Positions 13,656-28,950 of a stretch of 64,000 bases of DNA are shown here, one piece after another. A program made the position numbers and the translations under genes. How positions within the stretch are numbered: position 1 is the stretch's first letter; each line of letters opens with the position of its first letter. The DNA is taken from contig NC_134025.1 in the NCBI RefSeq assembly GCF_964204645.1, positions 13,640,001-13,704,000 on the forward strand, written 5' to 3'. This stretch comes from Tubulanus polymorphus. Its lineage: Eukaryota > Animalia > Nemertea. Below the pieces are notes generated by a model. That model had not been told where the DNA came from, did not search any database, and saw nothing but the letters and a program-made list of their open reading frames with translations.

Positions 13656-13776
13656 CTTTCTTGAAGATTTAGATGAGTTCTTATATGGGAAAGCCATGTA
13701 TCTCTTATTGCATCTCGTTGGGCAAAGTGATTTCTAGCAGAAAGAACCCCAATAATAAGATCCTTGTTCACCATTT
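13656..13776 (-). CDS. B3GALNT2: B3GALNT2 coding exon 2 (MVNKDLIIGVLSARNHFAQRDAIRDTWLSHIRTHLNLQER)
   Basis: GT31 motif GVLSAR..R..IR.TW as in human [23 protein letters not shown]; 121 nt phase 1-2. Confidence 0.93.
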
Positions 13777-14963
13777 CTACAAAGAATGATATCAATGCTG
13801 TAGTAAATGAATGCCTTCATAAATTGCTTCCTATAGGAGATTTTGCTTGAAGCAGCAAAATGCTAACACCTTCACTGTCTTTTTGTGCTATCTATGCATG
13901 AGTTGACAACTACAATGTGCATTCATCACTCATATTTATTTGGTTGATTGATTTATGCTAAGGCCGATTTGGTCCCTAATTTAACCATAATCCCTCTAAT
14001 GGAGAATGTGGGGTAAGTTAGATTAATAATACTGGATAAGAATTCTATATATTGGATAGATTATGAGTATTTCGGTACAGAAACAGCACACTTTTTTCAT
14101 GTTCATGAGGATTTAAAAAATTGAATTGTGCTAATTGACGAATGATTATAATCTCATACCCAAATGTTCAGATTTGAAATGATGGTATTCATGGGTAACG
14201 CTATAAATTTGCTATATTGGAGATCAAATTCTAACCTTAAACCCAATTTTGCCGAAGGGCCTAGCCCACTTGGGTGCAGAAGTCGTATCAATTGCTGCCA
14301 ATTTTGCTTTTACTTTTGCATTTGATTTCGTAACAAAATATGCCTAGGTACCAATTAAAACAAGATTTAAAAAATACTAAGTTATTCCCAAGTTATTCAA
14401 TGCCCACTGGTGACCATATGTACAAAGCCAAATGACCTTGAAACTCCCCACAATCATAGATCATGTCATGAGCTACAACATCGCAATTGATTGCAGTACA
14501 AAATATCTACAGGCTCAGGTACCAATACCGGTAGAGGCCCTATGCCGTAAAAAGATAAACTGTACCTATATTATTCAATATTCAACTTCTCTGGTGGTGA
14601 GAACAAAGAACAAGGTAACCCCAATTCAACATGAGATGAACCCTATGACAGTGGTGACAATTGTCGAATATCAAGACTATAAGTTAAGACCTGTCGACAT
14701 TTTCCTAAGACCTTTTTTCTATCTACGAATGAGGAATGATGACAAGATGGCTGCCAATTGCTTAACAATTGACCAATCAAAAAATCTGTCAGATATGTTA
14801 CAGATACTTTCCTAAAATATACCCATCACAAATTTCAATGAAAAATTTCTACGTATAAGGAAGCTACAGGTCTCTTAATTCAGGGTAAAATTGATATTTT
14901 TGGGTTTGTAAAAGGTCACAGGACAGTTTGTAGGGCCTAAGTGATTGACCCAATTTTCCTTAA

Positions 14964-15916
14964 CCCTTTAAGTACGCACCCCCTTTCCCGAAGGGGGCCA
15001 CTTAACGTTAGATTTTTACGTCAGGACTCGAACCCTATTGCATTTGAACGCTTCCTGTGGTCGTAAATATCTAACAGGTGGTGATCCGATGGATTTTGTG
15101 AGCGAATTTGAAAGTTTTGTGAACTTTTGAAAAGTTTTATGGTAAAACTAAAGGCAAAATGGCAACGAAGTGGAGACTAACAGTCAGTGAAGTGAAGAGA
15201 TGAAGAGGAGAGGGATAATCCGTTTATGAAGGTATTGATGAGTACTGATAATAATTCTTTAGCAATAATTCTTTTGATTTAGTAGGTCTAGGGGGTACCT
15301 TAGGCCTAGTCACCTAGATACATATAGGATTAGCAATTAGGATTTCATCTGAAATAAATAATGCAAAAATTGTTTCTCAATCCTTTCATAGACTGATTCT
15401 GAAGAAGAGAACACTCATGACAGATTTCATCATCATCATCATCTGTGCAGTCTCAGGTGCCTAGGGGTCACTAAGGTCAAACATTACCCCACCAGTAGGC
15501 CTACATATCATTCACGGTTTCGACTTCTATATTTCTGTTCCATATTTCCATCAAATATTTCATTCAAATAAATTTCTTTTATCATCATAGCAATGAAAAG
15601 AAACGTAGTTATCAATTTCTGTATGGAAATTGGCTCTATTCTGAAGATTTATGTTTTTCCAGGCTTCGATTCCAGAAATTTTCCATGGTAATTTCGAATA
15701 CAAGATGGCCGACATTTGTCACATGACCTCAAACGCACAAATCTACACCAAGGAAAATTATTCTGAAATGTATTCTGTATCTCAAATTTGGTGTATAGTT
15801 TGTTTATTAGGTTAAGTAGTTTCCGAGTAATGCTAAGTTAACTGGAGACACTAATTTCACCCAAAAATTATCTAGTATTAGGCCTTTACCATGTAAAATG
15901 GCCAGTACTGAAAGGG
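14964..15916. mobile_element. piggyBac-type MITE
   Basis: TTAA on both sides; TIRs CCCTTTAAGTAC / GTACTGAAAGGG; interrupts a family A fragment that resumes after 15920. Confidence 0.8.
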
Positions 15917-17046
15917 TTAAGCTGATGGCCATTAGGGGCATCAAAATACTGTGAAAGATCAAGATCATTGTCTCCAAAATTTCCCGTAAAAACTTCAAAA
16001 ATTTTGAAAAAGTCCTGATTTTTGTGAAAAACTTCCTTGATTCTGATCGAGCCAGAGATCTCTTCTGTCTGTGGATCACAACCACTTCCAGGACTGGGTG
16101 AACTTAGCTAGGCCAAGTTCTCCATTGTAAAAAAATTTGTAGGGGGGGTACATTCAGGAAACGAGCGTCGACGGCACGAGCACTTATCGGGAATGGGGAT
16201 CCGGGGGCCCTCCTCGGAAAATTTTGATTTTTAAATTTTTAACGTGCCGGGAAATCCCAGGATATTTTTGATAGACCTACCTGAGCGGCGCCGTGTGGCT
16301 CCGTGCGTGAGCCGTTTCTACAATTATTGATGTATGTTATAAGTTTATATGGCATGAAGCGTTTGTCTGTCTCACTATTTATACAATTATTGACATACCG
16401 GTAATGTTTGTTTGTGTGTAGGAGAGAATAAACCGAAGATCGTCACTGACAGATTTTCAAACTATGTCGGCTACAGGGGCAGCTAATCTTCTTTCATTGG
16501 GGCGGACGATTTTTATAGGGGCGGACACGAAAATTAAAGGGGTGGGCTGCCCCTTGAAAAACCCCTAATGAAGAACACTGCAAGTGTGCTAAAAAAAGGT
16601 CACTTAGCATTTTTGGGGTTGACATCTTTAGGGCTCTTCAAATTAAGGGGGATCTAGAACCCCCTAAATCTGCCCCTACCCTCTCAAACTGCGGAACTAA
16701 TGTCTATGACAACTTGTAGTTTCATACCATGTTTCCATGACTACCAACTGAAGTTTGGTATGTAGGCATGGAAACATATTGTTAAACTTTCAAATCATGG
16801 AGTCTCTTCTCTCATTCCCCCTTTCAATGCAGATTTTTTGAATACTGGTTTCCTTCAACTGTTCAATAGGCCTACTACAGGATCCAGGGATTCACGATTG
16901 GATTAATAACCAATCGTGAATCCTAAATGTTTAAGGTCAACTGACAGTGCTTTCTGGTCCTAATAAGCCATTTACCAGGTATTTACCGCCAAAACTGACC
17001 GAGCTTGGCCACCTGATGTGCTCTCAAGTCAAGTAGGAAACAATTA

Positions 17047-19376
17047 CACTATCAGCCCATTGCTGAATTTGAGCTGAAAAAGAGCTGAATTATGAGCGGA
17101 AAATGGACTGAAAATGAGCTGGAAATAAGCAGAAAATTGTGTGGCTGAAAACCAGCTGAAAAAAGGCGGAATTTATATATGTCTGAAAATTCAGCTAGAT
17201 TTAAGCTCTAATTACGCCTGGCAACAAAAGGCTGAAAATCAGCAGAATTTATTGAAATATTTTCTGGCTGAAATTGAGCTGAAAAAGAGCTTAATTTGGT
17301 ACTCCACAGTGTTCTATTTCAGCTGATATTCAGCTCAATTTCAGCCTGAAATTCCTAATACTTTAGAGTTGCATTATCATTAACGAAAAAAACTTCATTG
17401 TTTAAAGTTATGTTTGATTAATCCTACTTCAAAGTTCATGGAAGAAAGGAGTCCAAGATTAATTAGGTATAGTGATACTCCAATATACTTTGTTGATTGC
17501 TGCAGGGGAGATCCAGGCTGGGAGAAAGGGGGATTGATTCAGCTCATATGACAAGGGCACCTCATTACTCGTGGAGGGAGCTATTAAATATAGTCCCAAT
17601 TGACAAGTTATTCGGCCATTTGCTCGGCCAAGCATTGTATCAGAAAGCCGAGTGATTGATTAATTCGACAATCCACTCGGCCAAGCTAGTAAAAGTTAAT
17701 AAGAAGAGCTCTTATCAGTTCTATGAGGGCTTATGTAATGATTATGTTGATCCTGAAGTTATGCAGTCTGCTGTTACTAGTACAAGATTACAAATGTTGA
17801 TTTTGAGAAGAAAGTTCTTCCTGTTAAGGTAAGAACCTTTTAAAGAAATTGCATTTTACCTTTTTATTCAACTGTCCTGGAAGATCATATTCATCAAATG
17901 TTACATTAATAGGAACTAGCTGTGATTGTGATATTTATTGCTGCACTTTTGTAGTGTAAATATTTTTCAGAGAAAATTTATTCTAATTCATGTTTGTCCA
18001 ATATTGATTTTCATGTCAAAGTTGGCTCCGCAACCAAAGTGGCAATAAAAGATGCTAAACTGAGTTTCTACAATGATTGTCAAACTCTTCTATTGAGACT
18101 TTCTATGAAGATGAGTTAGTCAAAATCGCATCGAAAAAGAGACGCCTCGAAACGGACATTATTTCATTGAATTCAACTTCAGGAACACTCGCAGACCCTG
18201 CTGGGGAGAAAAGAGCGCTTTCCCTTCTTACACAATCGAATACATTACAAAGACGTGCAAAAGACAAAGCCAGTGAACTGTCTGTTGTGGAAGAAGAAAT
18301 GAAAACTCTAAACGCAATTTCACAGATTTGAGCATAGACATTCTAATCGTGAGGATTATCATTGTTACTTTTGTGAATATGAACACAGTGCAGAATAAAT
18401 ATGGGTTTTTGTTAATACATATGGTTATATGCTTTTGATTTTTGTTTTTAGTTAGAGTAGAAACACCGTGTTGATAATTTATTATAATTGGACCCTAAAA
18501 TTTAGGTTATCATCTAAAAAACCCTAAAAAAGCCCTAAAATTCTGGAAAGACCAATCTGTAGGAACCATGAGACTATCATATACCTGGTGGAGGGCTCCC
18601 AATTCCTTTGCAAGAGGTTTCGGAGTCCTCCTGCTGAAAATTTTGAGAATTAAGGTACAATTTTAGTGCATATTACAGCTTTAAAAAGTACTGTGGACTT
18701 TTGTCATAGATCAATGTCAGGTGGAATTTTTCACGTGCGATTTTCAAAAGGGCACTTGATCAGAAAAGGGGGAAAAATAGAAACCCCCCGAATCCCTTCT
18801 GGATCTGTACCTGTGCTGTTGCTATTGTTTAAAAAATCAGAAAACTAAGGCAGGAAGACCACGCAAAAATTACGTCATAATAGGGATGCCGTGTCACCAC
18901 AGACACCGTGGTACGAAATCGATAGATGGCTTATGATGACAAGCAACGCGACGCCTACCGACACAACTGGGTTTATCGCCTACAAGAAGCCGCTAGTTGC
19001 TGCTCTATCGGTTCAACATAGACTGTAAGTTGGGCTGCGATCGCGGTTGCTCCGTAGGCGTCGTTGCTTGTCGACATAAGCCAGCTTTTAAGGAAGCGGC
19101 ATTCCAGAATAGTTCAGCCTCGATTTGAAAACCCTAATTAGTCCAAATCGAGGCTGAAAGAATTGTTGTTAATTTTCCGCTCAAAATCAGCTAAGGGAAA
19201 TCAGCAGAAAATGAGCGGAAAATAAGCGGATAGGGGGACACGTTCCGCTCAAATTCAGCTCATTTTCAGTATACTACAAAATTCCGCTCATTTTCAGTGA
19301 ATTTCCACTCAAATTCAGCTATTTTTCAGCATTGAATTTTCCGCTCATTTTCCGCACTCTCAATGGACTGATAGTG
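17047..19376. mobile_element. Non-autonomous CACTA/EnSpm-like element
   Basis: TIRs CACTATCAGCCCATTG / CAATGGACTGATAGTG; 3-bp TSD TTA; subterminal arrays of about 11-bp GCTGAAAA/TTTTCAGC repeats at both ends. Confidence 0.8.
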
Positions 19377-19648
19377 TTAGGGCCTACGATTACGAAGTCG
19401 AAGGATCGATTCGATCGAGGAGTGACCTCCGTCACCCGTCGTCATCAATATCACACTCGACTTTAGTTAGTTACCTTATCGTTGGTGGTAAGCTTTTTAT
19501 AATCGGATGAGCTTGTGAAAATATCAGATCGTGAAACTAAACCACAGAACAGTCAGGTTACTGACTATACTATATACTGACTAACTCGACTCACTCAGGC
19601 CTAAAAGTCTAGCCTACATCATCCATTCCAAGTCAAGACACAGCTTAC

Positions 19649-19757
19649 CACTCATTAGTTTAGATTTTATGATTTTCGGTAAATCGGGGAAGATCGCCGG
19701 TAGAATTAACGCAAGGGCAATAGTAAGAAAAGACGAAATGAGGGCGAATATCATCAT
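19649..19757 (-). CDS. B3GALNT2: B3GALNT2 coding exon 1, signal anchor (MMIFALISSFLTIALALILPAIFPDLPKIIKSKLMS); in-frame upstream ATG at 19799 possible
   Basis: Hydrophobic type II membrane anchor; gtaagc donor in phase 1 matching exon 2; lies in a CpG-rich promoter region. Confidence 0.75.
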
Positions 19758-19799
19758 TTTACGCGTATTTGCAAGGCCCGCTCTGACCGGAGAATTCAT

Positions 19800-20132
19800 T
19801 CATAAAAATGACTTAAAGCGCCATCTAGTGTAAACGCGAATGAATACATCGGAACCAATTCCCACGCTCGGTTCACACTCTAATATATAATCAAATGCAA
19901 CGGAGATTACACGTAATTTATACGGTTATTATGAAGTAATTTCCTTATTTCTAGTGTAATCATTACGTATATAAATTCGAGCTCATACGCCGTTTCTAGT
20001 AGTGCCCTAGCGCCAAATAGCGCCGTTTCTACGCTGCCCGCGCATTAATACTGTAAACAATAAATGAGTAAATTGACTTTCAATGTCAAAAATCGCTTCG
20101 TAGGAGTATAACTGGCGAAAAACATACCGATC
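19800..20132. promoter_or_regulatory. Bidirectional promoter region B3GALNT2 / SPATA45-like
   Basis: Divergent start codons less than 400 bp apart; CTCF-like AGCGCCATCTAGTG at 19817-19830; CGCCGTTTCTA repeated at 19988 and 20021. Confidence 0.6.
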
Positions 20133-20391
20133 ATGTCTGACAAACGGAGTTCGGGTGCACCTGGCGTAGATGCTGAGTTGTTGTATAACTTGGGAATGTC
20201 TAGAGAGTCGTGGTGTACGGTTGAGCGCAAAAAAGAACAAGATTGGTGTCGAACTCAGAAACGCCACCATCCCGAAAAGTTCAACACGAGTACAGTTTTC
20301 AGACAGGGTGACCCTGCCGACTCTGAAGATCGATGTACATTTACAGTGAACGCCCCTACGCATAAGGAGAAACGGCATTTTACTCGAAAAA
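20133..20391 (+). CDS. SPATA45: SPATA45-like protein, coding exon 1
   Basis: RESWCTVER...RTQKRHHPE...THKEKRHFTRK resembles recalled human SPATA45 RESNCLVER...RVQKRHFPD...AHMERKHFPPK; gtaggc donor phase 1. Confidence 0.8.
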
Positions 20392-21269
20392 GTAGGCTAT
20401 TGAAATATTATTTGGTCGATCAGTGGGCATACCATAGACCACACCTGCTGTACACTTCACTTTGGTTTCCAAGAAGGCAAATTCTATAGACATGATGATA
20501 CAGACAGATGATTGATATATAATATTTTACTGGGAAAAAGGAACCAGGAACTGTTAGCCAGCTTCATGGAGGTCGCTGGACTTGGTAAATAATAATTGAG
20601 CACTCAGATCACCTAAAGCCATCAAGTCCAACTGCCAGCAGCATACACCTCCAGAAGCTTTGCCCCTTAGGCCTTTTTTAATTGCTTGGTTAATGGCAAC
20701 CGCCTCCGAAATTTGAAGAAAAGTCAAATAAAGATGACTTATTATTTTTTTATTCCTGTCCGTGGAACAAATTCGGTGAAAAAAATGAGCTAGCAAAATT
20801 TGTTTTCACCTTTTTGATCTATGTCTAGAATTCGAACTTTTCAAGAATCATTTGTTTGGACATAGTCATAGGCCTATGTATATTGCCTCCTCGAGTAACC
20901 TCTTCCTACAAAAAGTGATTTTATCTCACTGAGGGAATTTCCTCCTTTCAAATGATACTTGAATAGGTCTACCCCGTAAATCAAGCTATTAAAAAGGCCT
21001 TACCCTCTAGACCCTAAACCTAAGCGAAATCTGGGTAAGGTGGCTCGAAACACTAAAAGGGAACCCAAAAACCTGGTTCAGAGTTGATTGACAGTAACTA
21101 TGACTGACTGACTGACTGCCCTTAGTCAGGCTTTGGGTGGTTGGATTTAGAGCCCAATGATCACTTGGCCTTGTGGTCAGACACAAATTCTACAGCTTCG
21201 TGAACTTGAAGTGAAATTTCCATAGTATTAACTCGCTTATGCACATGAGATTGATTTGATTTTTTACAG

Positions 21270-21295
21270 ATAACCTGGGACTCCTCAACATCTGA
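21270..21295 (+). CDS. SPATA45: SPATA45-like protein, coding exon 2 (NNLGLLNI-stop)
   Basis: ttttacag acceptor in phase 1; gives C-terminus KNNLGLLNI like human KNNAIFG; AATAAA at 21572. Confidence 0.72.
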
Positions 21296-21814
21296 TTATG
21301 GTCAAGGGTCATCCAAATGATTGCTACTGTTTTTTTTTACTGGAATCATTGCAGCATTTACATTTTCAACAATGGATCTACCTTTGTCTGTTTTGGAGTT
21401 CATGTAACTTAGTGATTGTTGTGAGCCATAATCATTTAAGCCACATTACTTGAATTACATGCTGCTGATTGGAAAATGCTTTCTATCATTGATCCCGAGT
21501 ACAGTATTTGAGCGTGTTGTGATTTTTCTATATTTGTGATTTTTTTGTTAAGCCAGTGAATTGATTTTTTCAATAAATATATTTGGTAGTTATAACCTAC
21601 TGACTCCGATCCATTTGATGAAACAATTTTGTATTTTCAAAACTTCTCGTGACATATAGAGAAATCCCACTGATACAAAGGTCTGAAAAGTTTCCTTTCA
21701 GCAATGAATTCATTCATCCAACGTTTCAACTATCTTAAAGTCATCTTCAGGAATGATAGGATTTAGTCAAAACATTGGATGAATAAATTTATAGCTGAAA
21801 GATTCCTTTCAGAC

Positions 21815-24195
21815 TTTTTAGCCCACTTGGGACTATAGTCCCAGCGGGCTATTGCGTTCACTTTTCGTCCATTCGTCTGTCCGTAGACAGAATCCAGTTA
21901 TTTTGGGAAGTTTTGAAGACGCTTCAATGTAATGTCTTGATATTTGGGTTACACATGTATCTACCCTAGAAACATCTTCAGCCCAAAGACTGGCCCTGTC
22001 AGAATCAAGATGTCCGACTGGCAGCCACCAGTTGTTGTTGTTCACCAAAATCAACACTTTTTATACATTTTTGATCTTTTTGAGGGAAATGTTGAAGACG
22101 CTTTGATCAATTACCTTGATCTTTCGTATATATTTGAATCCCCCCAGGGCTCATCAGCATACAAAAATCGGGTCGATCCGACTCAAGATGGCCATCCTAT
22201 GACCTTTTAAGTGCCCAAAAATGGCCAATTTTGGCCTAAATTCTGAGTTGGGAAGTTTTGAAGGCGCTTCAATGTAATGTCTTGATATTAGGCTTACACC
22301 TGTATCTACCCTAGACACATCTTCAGCCCAAAAACTGGCCCTGTCAGAATCAAGATGGCCGTCGGGCAGCCATTGTTGTTCGCCAAAATCAGCACTTTTT
22401 ACACGTTTTTGAACTTTTTGAGGGAAATGTTGAAGACGCTTTGATCAATTACCTTGATCTTTCGTATTTATTTGAATCCCCTAGGGCCCATCAGCATCCA
22501 AAAATTGGGTTGATCGGACTCAAGATGGCCGTCCTATGACCTTTTTAGTGCCCAAAAATGTCAATTTTGGCCGGAATTCTGAGTCCCAGGCGCGGATCCA
22601 GACTATCGCACATGCAGCAAATGTGGTAGTGGTGGTTTTCAAATGCCCTTGAAAAATTTATGTGTCGGGGAAAAAAGTAATATTGGTGTCATCAGTACTC
22701 ATTCGTAGGTGAGAAAAGGTTTTCGATATTATATGGATGCCTAAGAATATTTTGTTACCACAATAAATTAGAAAGTTGTAGCTTATAACGGGTTCTATGA
22801 TTGTGGTGAGTTTCAAGGTCATTGGTTTTTGTATATGGCCACCAGGGGGCGTTGAGTAATACAATATCTTAGTATTTCTATATTATATTTGTACCAATGC
22901 ATATTCTGTTACCACAATAAATTGCTAAGTTTTAGCTCATGACATGGTCTATGATTGTGGTGAGTTTTAAGGACATTAATTATTCTACAGTCAACCTCGG
23001 TTAATCCGTCTCAGGTTGAACCGTATAAGTGCTTATTCCGTATACCGGTAAATAAAAACGTCCCATATTTCCATAACGTTATTCCCTCTAAAATTCTGTG
23101 TCTAATTCGTACTCCATAATCCGTAATTTTCACTTATTCCGTAGACAAATGCATGGTCCCGTTGTCCAATTTATACATAAATCCTTATGTGTAATCCGTA
23201 TCAGTTGTCAGCTGTCGGGAACATAAACTTGAAGTGAAAAAGTATAAACATCTGTAATCTAATGAGGTTAGTGGTCATTAGGAAATATGAGAAACTCCAG
23301 AAAACACTGAAGTCTCAAGCTTCACTAAATATTCAGTACAAATGCTATTATCTGTCAATCAGCAAAAGTCCTTTGATGAATCGCCCTCGAGTCCAATCTA
23401 TCTAATGAGCCATCGGATACTATGTGTCGCAAACCGTTTGATCAAATCTGACAACTAAGGGTTTAGCTCGTAGCTCTATTGTTGTCATAGTGTACTGTGC
23501 TGTAATCCCCTTTTTACGCTATGAATTTCTTGCTATAAACTCGTTCGCATACCTTGTTCTCATCGCAATACGCCACCAGCCTACCTGACGGACGGATCTC
23601 GATGCATAGTTCGCTAACGAAGTTGTAAGTAATGTAATACATAGATTAATATTTGAATAATTAGACGTCATCTGTTTGTTGTTTGTCTGATATGTAATTT
23701 GCATTTTCAGTTAACGGAAGTTCAATAAAGTATTCCTGTTAAAACCGTTTCGCAGTTACTTCTATGTTATCGCGAGGGCTCTGTCCCTGACACTATGAAC
23801 ATTTTATTCCCCTCAATGGATAGTTAAAATGTGGTTCAACTGTTTTAGTCGTCCACGGTTTGAGAGAAAACTAAACCAGCTATTGTGCGGATTGTGCACT
23901 TGAATCATAGTTTATACTGGTAATAGTTAATTCGTATCAATTATGAATTATCTGTTATCCGTATATCACTTAATCCATACTAAAAAGCTCAGTCCCTAGT
24001 GATACGGATTAACCGAGGTTGACTGTATATGGTCACAATCAATTACAAAATCGAAGCCTGCTGGCATGTTCTATGATTGTAGTGAGTTTCAAGGTCATTG
24101 GTTTTTGTTTATGGTTTCCAGGGGACGTTGAATATTGAAATTGTTAGATTGTTGAGCACTTTCCAAGTGGGCATGGTGTCCCTGGACCCCTAGTT
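21815..24195 (+). mobile_element. Helentron-type non-autonomous element (family A) with internal duplication and nested MITE
   Basis: 5' TTTTAGCCCACTTGGGACTATAGTCCCAGCGGGCT hairpin, CGTC microsatellite, 3' CCAAGTGGGCATGGTGTCCCTGGACCCCTAGTT; segment of about 345 bp duplicated (21905 and 22250). Confidence 0.85.
22988..24025. mobile_element. Tc1/mariner (pogo/Tigger-like) MITE
   Basis: TIR CAGTCAACCTCGGTTAATCCGT / ACGGATTAACCGAGGTTGACTG; TA TSD; host sequence TTATTCTA|TATGGTCAC restored on removal. Confidence 0.88.
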
Positions 24196-24227
24196 CTGCT
24201 GTTATATCAGTGTGGGATTTCTGTATA

Positions 24228-24511
24228 CAGTCAACCTTGCTTAATTCGTTGTAGGTTAATTCGTATAACTACCTTATTCGTATAAAAATGGAAGGTCTCA
24301 ATTTTTCCTTCGTTATTCCCTTTAATTTCCATTGATAATTCGTAAGTCGTAGCCGTATCCATGGTCCCTTAAAAACAATTGAAGATGCAACACATACCCA
24401 ATTCATATCCCATTTTTCCGCCTGCTGGCAGTGATTGGAGAGCTTATTACTTGTCGGTCATTGGCACTCAGTGTGCCCCAGCTACTTAACGTATTTAAGC
24501 GAGGTTGACTG
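24228..24511. mobile_element. Related pogo-like MITE
   Basis: TA-CAGTCAACCTTGCTTAA ... TTAAGCGAGGTTGACTG. Confidence 0.7.
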
Positions 24512-24590
24512 TTTATTGAAACACGGAATAGTGTTTCACCGAGGTGACTTCTTGTGAAGTTTATGCAGGATTAGTGGCGTAGCTACTGGC

Positions 24591-26320
<1,730 letters not shown>

Positions 26321-28083
26321 ACATAAGTCTGCTAAACTGCCTTGAACCAATGATTAAGGTATTTTGATCGAAATAGGTCCCCTCGTACAGTAGACTATGC
26401 TTAAATCAGTACAGTTGGAACCTGGATTTTTTACCCAAGAAGCCATTTACTTGATTCGAAAATCGAATTTAGTGAAGTGTAAAGGATAATAATTGCTTAC
26501 AAAACCACCAATTTACCGAGATAATCAATACCTAGCTTTGTACGCAGATCGTATGCTTTTGCCGTTGAGGTCCTACCTAGGGCTTGCGTACGTACTTCAT
26601 GAATGTCTGAGGTCTCTTCTACTATCGCCAAGAGTGACATTTCATATTTTCAATAAATGATAATTCAATGAGTAGGAAAAAATCTGTGTGCACGATGGGC
26701 ATATTATTGCATTCTTCGGTTAATAAGTCGAGTCAATCAATATGCGGATGACTACTGGCACTTAAGAGTTGCATTAACTTTTATGATGTGTCAATATTCA
26801 AATGGTAAGATTATATCTTAAAACAGGGGGTCTTGTATTCAATTTCATTCACCCCAAACAAACTAACTCAATTCTTTATAATTTTATATAGCATAAATCG
26901 TAGGAAAAAATCAGCCTGAGTTATTCAAATTATTGGTTACTCGCTGAAATAATCCATAGCTAATCCAAAGACCGAAGCTTCAAGGCCACGTTCTTCCTTG
27001 ATTTTTGTAAATAATTAGATTTGAGGAATGCCAAGCAACACAAATAAGTCACCTATTAGAATATAATATATTGTCAATAATTTATTCACACTTCTCCGTA
27101 TGATAATAAAAAATGCGCTTTTACTTAACATATAAATCTGAGGCACGTACTTAATATTCTCAGTTCAATTATTGTGCATCAATCATTTCAAATGTTATTA
27201 TTGAAAACCCCTGCAATTACACTCTCCTGTTCAACAATTAATAGGTCTATTATACAACCAGGGGTGTAGGGGTCTACTCGGGAATTGGTGAAACGCTTGA
27301 TAATCAGATCTACTTCGACAATCTTACATACCAGGCATAAGATTTAGAATGCTCAGGTACTGGATATTGCGTTTCATCGAAATCTTGTGCCCCTGGTAGT
27401 ATATGATTACAATTTTATAGTATCTCCACATTCCACAAATTTAGCTACCGACACCCAACTTGATTCTAATTGTTAGGTCACTGAGTTGCAGATATGTTGA
27501 ACATTAAAAATCTCAACCCAATATTCCTAAACATACTCAAATACGGTTACATGAAGTCCCAATTTTACATCATATTTTACATATCTATGTATAGGTGGGC
27601 TATAAATAATATGCCATGATCGACTTATCCTACTACTTTCAAATTCTGGATTAAACTGATCTGATTGAACAGGTTTTACTTGATAAAATGCATGAGTGCC
27701 AATGCATAAGTGCCAAGATGTAGGAAAAATCCTGCAATACTGTGTCCCTAGTTTTTGGATAATAGCTGAATTATGATTTTTTTTTTATTTGGTTCTTACT
27801 TTACAAATTATTTCAATACCTGGTAATTGGTGAACAAACCCTGCCAAATCAAATTTCAAAAATGGGCTACATTAATGTTTAATTTTGAAAAAATATCATA
27901 AAGCAACACATTGGCCAGCACAGGTCATTTTTGTTATTTTCCAAGTCAGAGAACCAAGAGCATCTTTTTATAGCCTCAGGTAGATGCCACGTATGAACCA
28001 AATACCAAGATAACCTTACAAAGAAAACTTGATACTTTTTTACAGAAGGACCAGGTGGAAACTAAATACGATAGTCAGCTGAG

Positions 28084-28950
28084 CAGAGGCTGATCTAGGG
28101 TCTGATTTAGTCAGGGGTGCACCCCATAATTGGGCATATATAATTAAAAGAGCAACCCCAAAGAAAGCTCATCGGAAAGCATTATTAAACTAATAATTGC
28201 AAATACAGACTACAAGCTTATACAGTCAACCCTGCATAAGTCGTCATCATATTAGTCGTATCATCACATCTCTCATATAATTATTTTGGAATCTGAGCGT
28301 CGTATATATCGTAATTTCATGGGTCATTCGCGGAATTCCTATAAAACCAAGACTTAAAAATAACTCGTTAGAATACAACTTACACATAACTCGTAGTCCC
28401 GAGGGCAACGACTTATGGGGGGTTGACTAATTATCAACTTTTTATGTATCAGTTCAATAGAGTAGACTCCGCCTAAACTGGTACAGTTGGGACCTTCATT
28501 TTTCTGCCGAATTAGGCGGTTACCAGTTAGGAGAATCGTGAAAATCTATGGATAAAAAAGAGGATTACTACTTTCTTTGTATTTCATACGATCAGACTGT
28601 AACGAATCGCCGATGGTTTGTTTCCTCATAGTATTCCAGACACAAGTCCTTCAATAGACACGACATTTCACGTTTCTCTTAAATTCCGAGACACTTTCCT
28701 CCGTTTGGTTCACCTGTGATGCAATTGCCGCGTACTGGTTTAGGCAAAGAATGAATGGAAATAAGGTCCAAATTTTACAGGATAAGGCGGATCAACAAAT
28801 AGAGCGATACCAGACTAGGCTATATTTATGTATTACTGGATAGACGAGTTTAGGCGGGGCTGTATTTTTCATTTTCCCATAATATTTCGGGGCAACTTGA
28901 CATTTTTAGAGGAGGTTGCACCCCAGCCCCTCTCCTTCGATCGGCCCTTG
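28084..28950. mobile_element. CAG-terminated MITE with 5-bp TSD, containing two nested Tc1/mariner-type MITEs (about 28223-28428 and 28460-28863)
   Basis: Imperfect TIRs CAGAGGCTGATC / GATCGGCCCTTG flanked by CTGAG twice; inner TIRs CAGTCAACCC..ATAAGTCGT / ACGACTTATGGGGGGTTGACT and CTCCGCCTAAACT / AGTTTAGGCGGGG. Confidence 0.6.
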
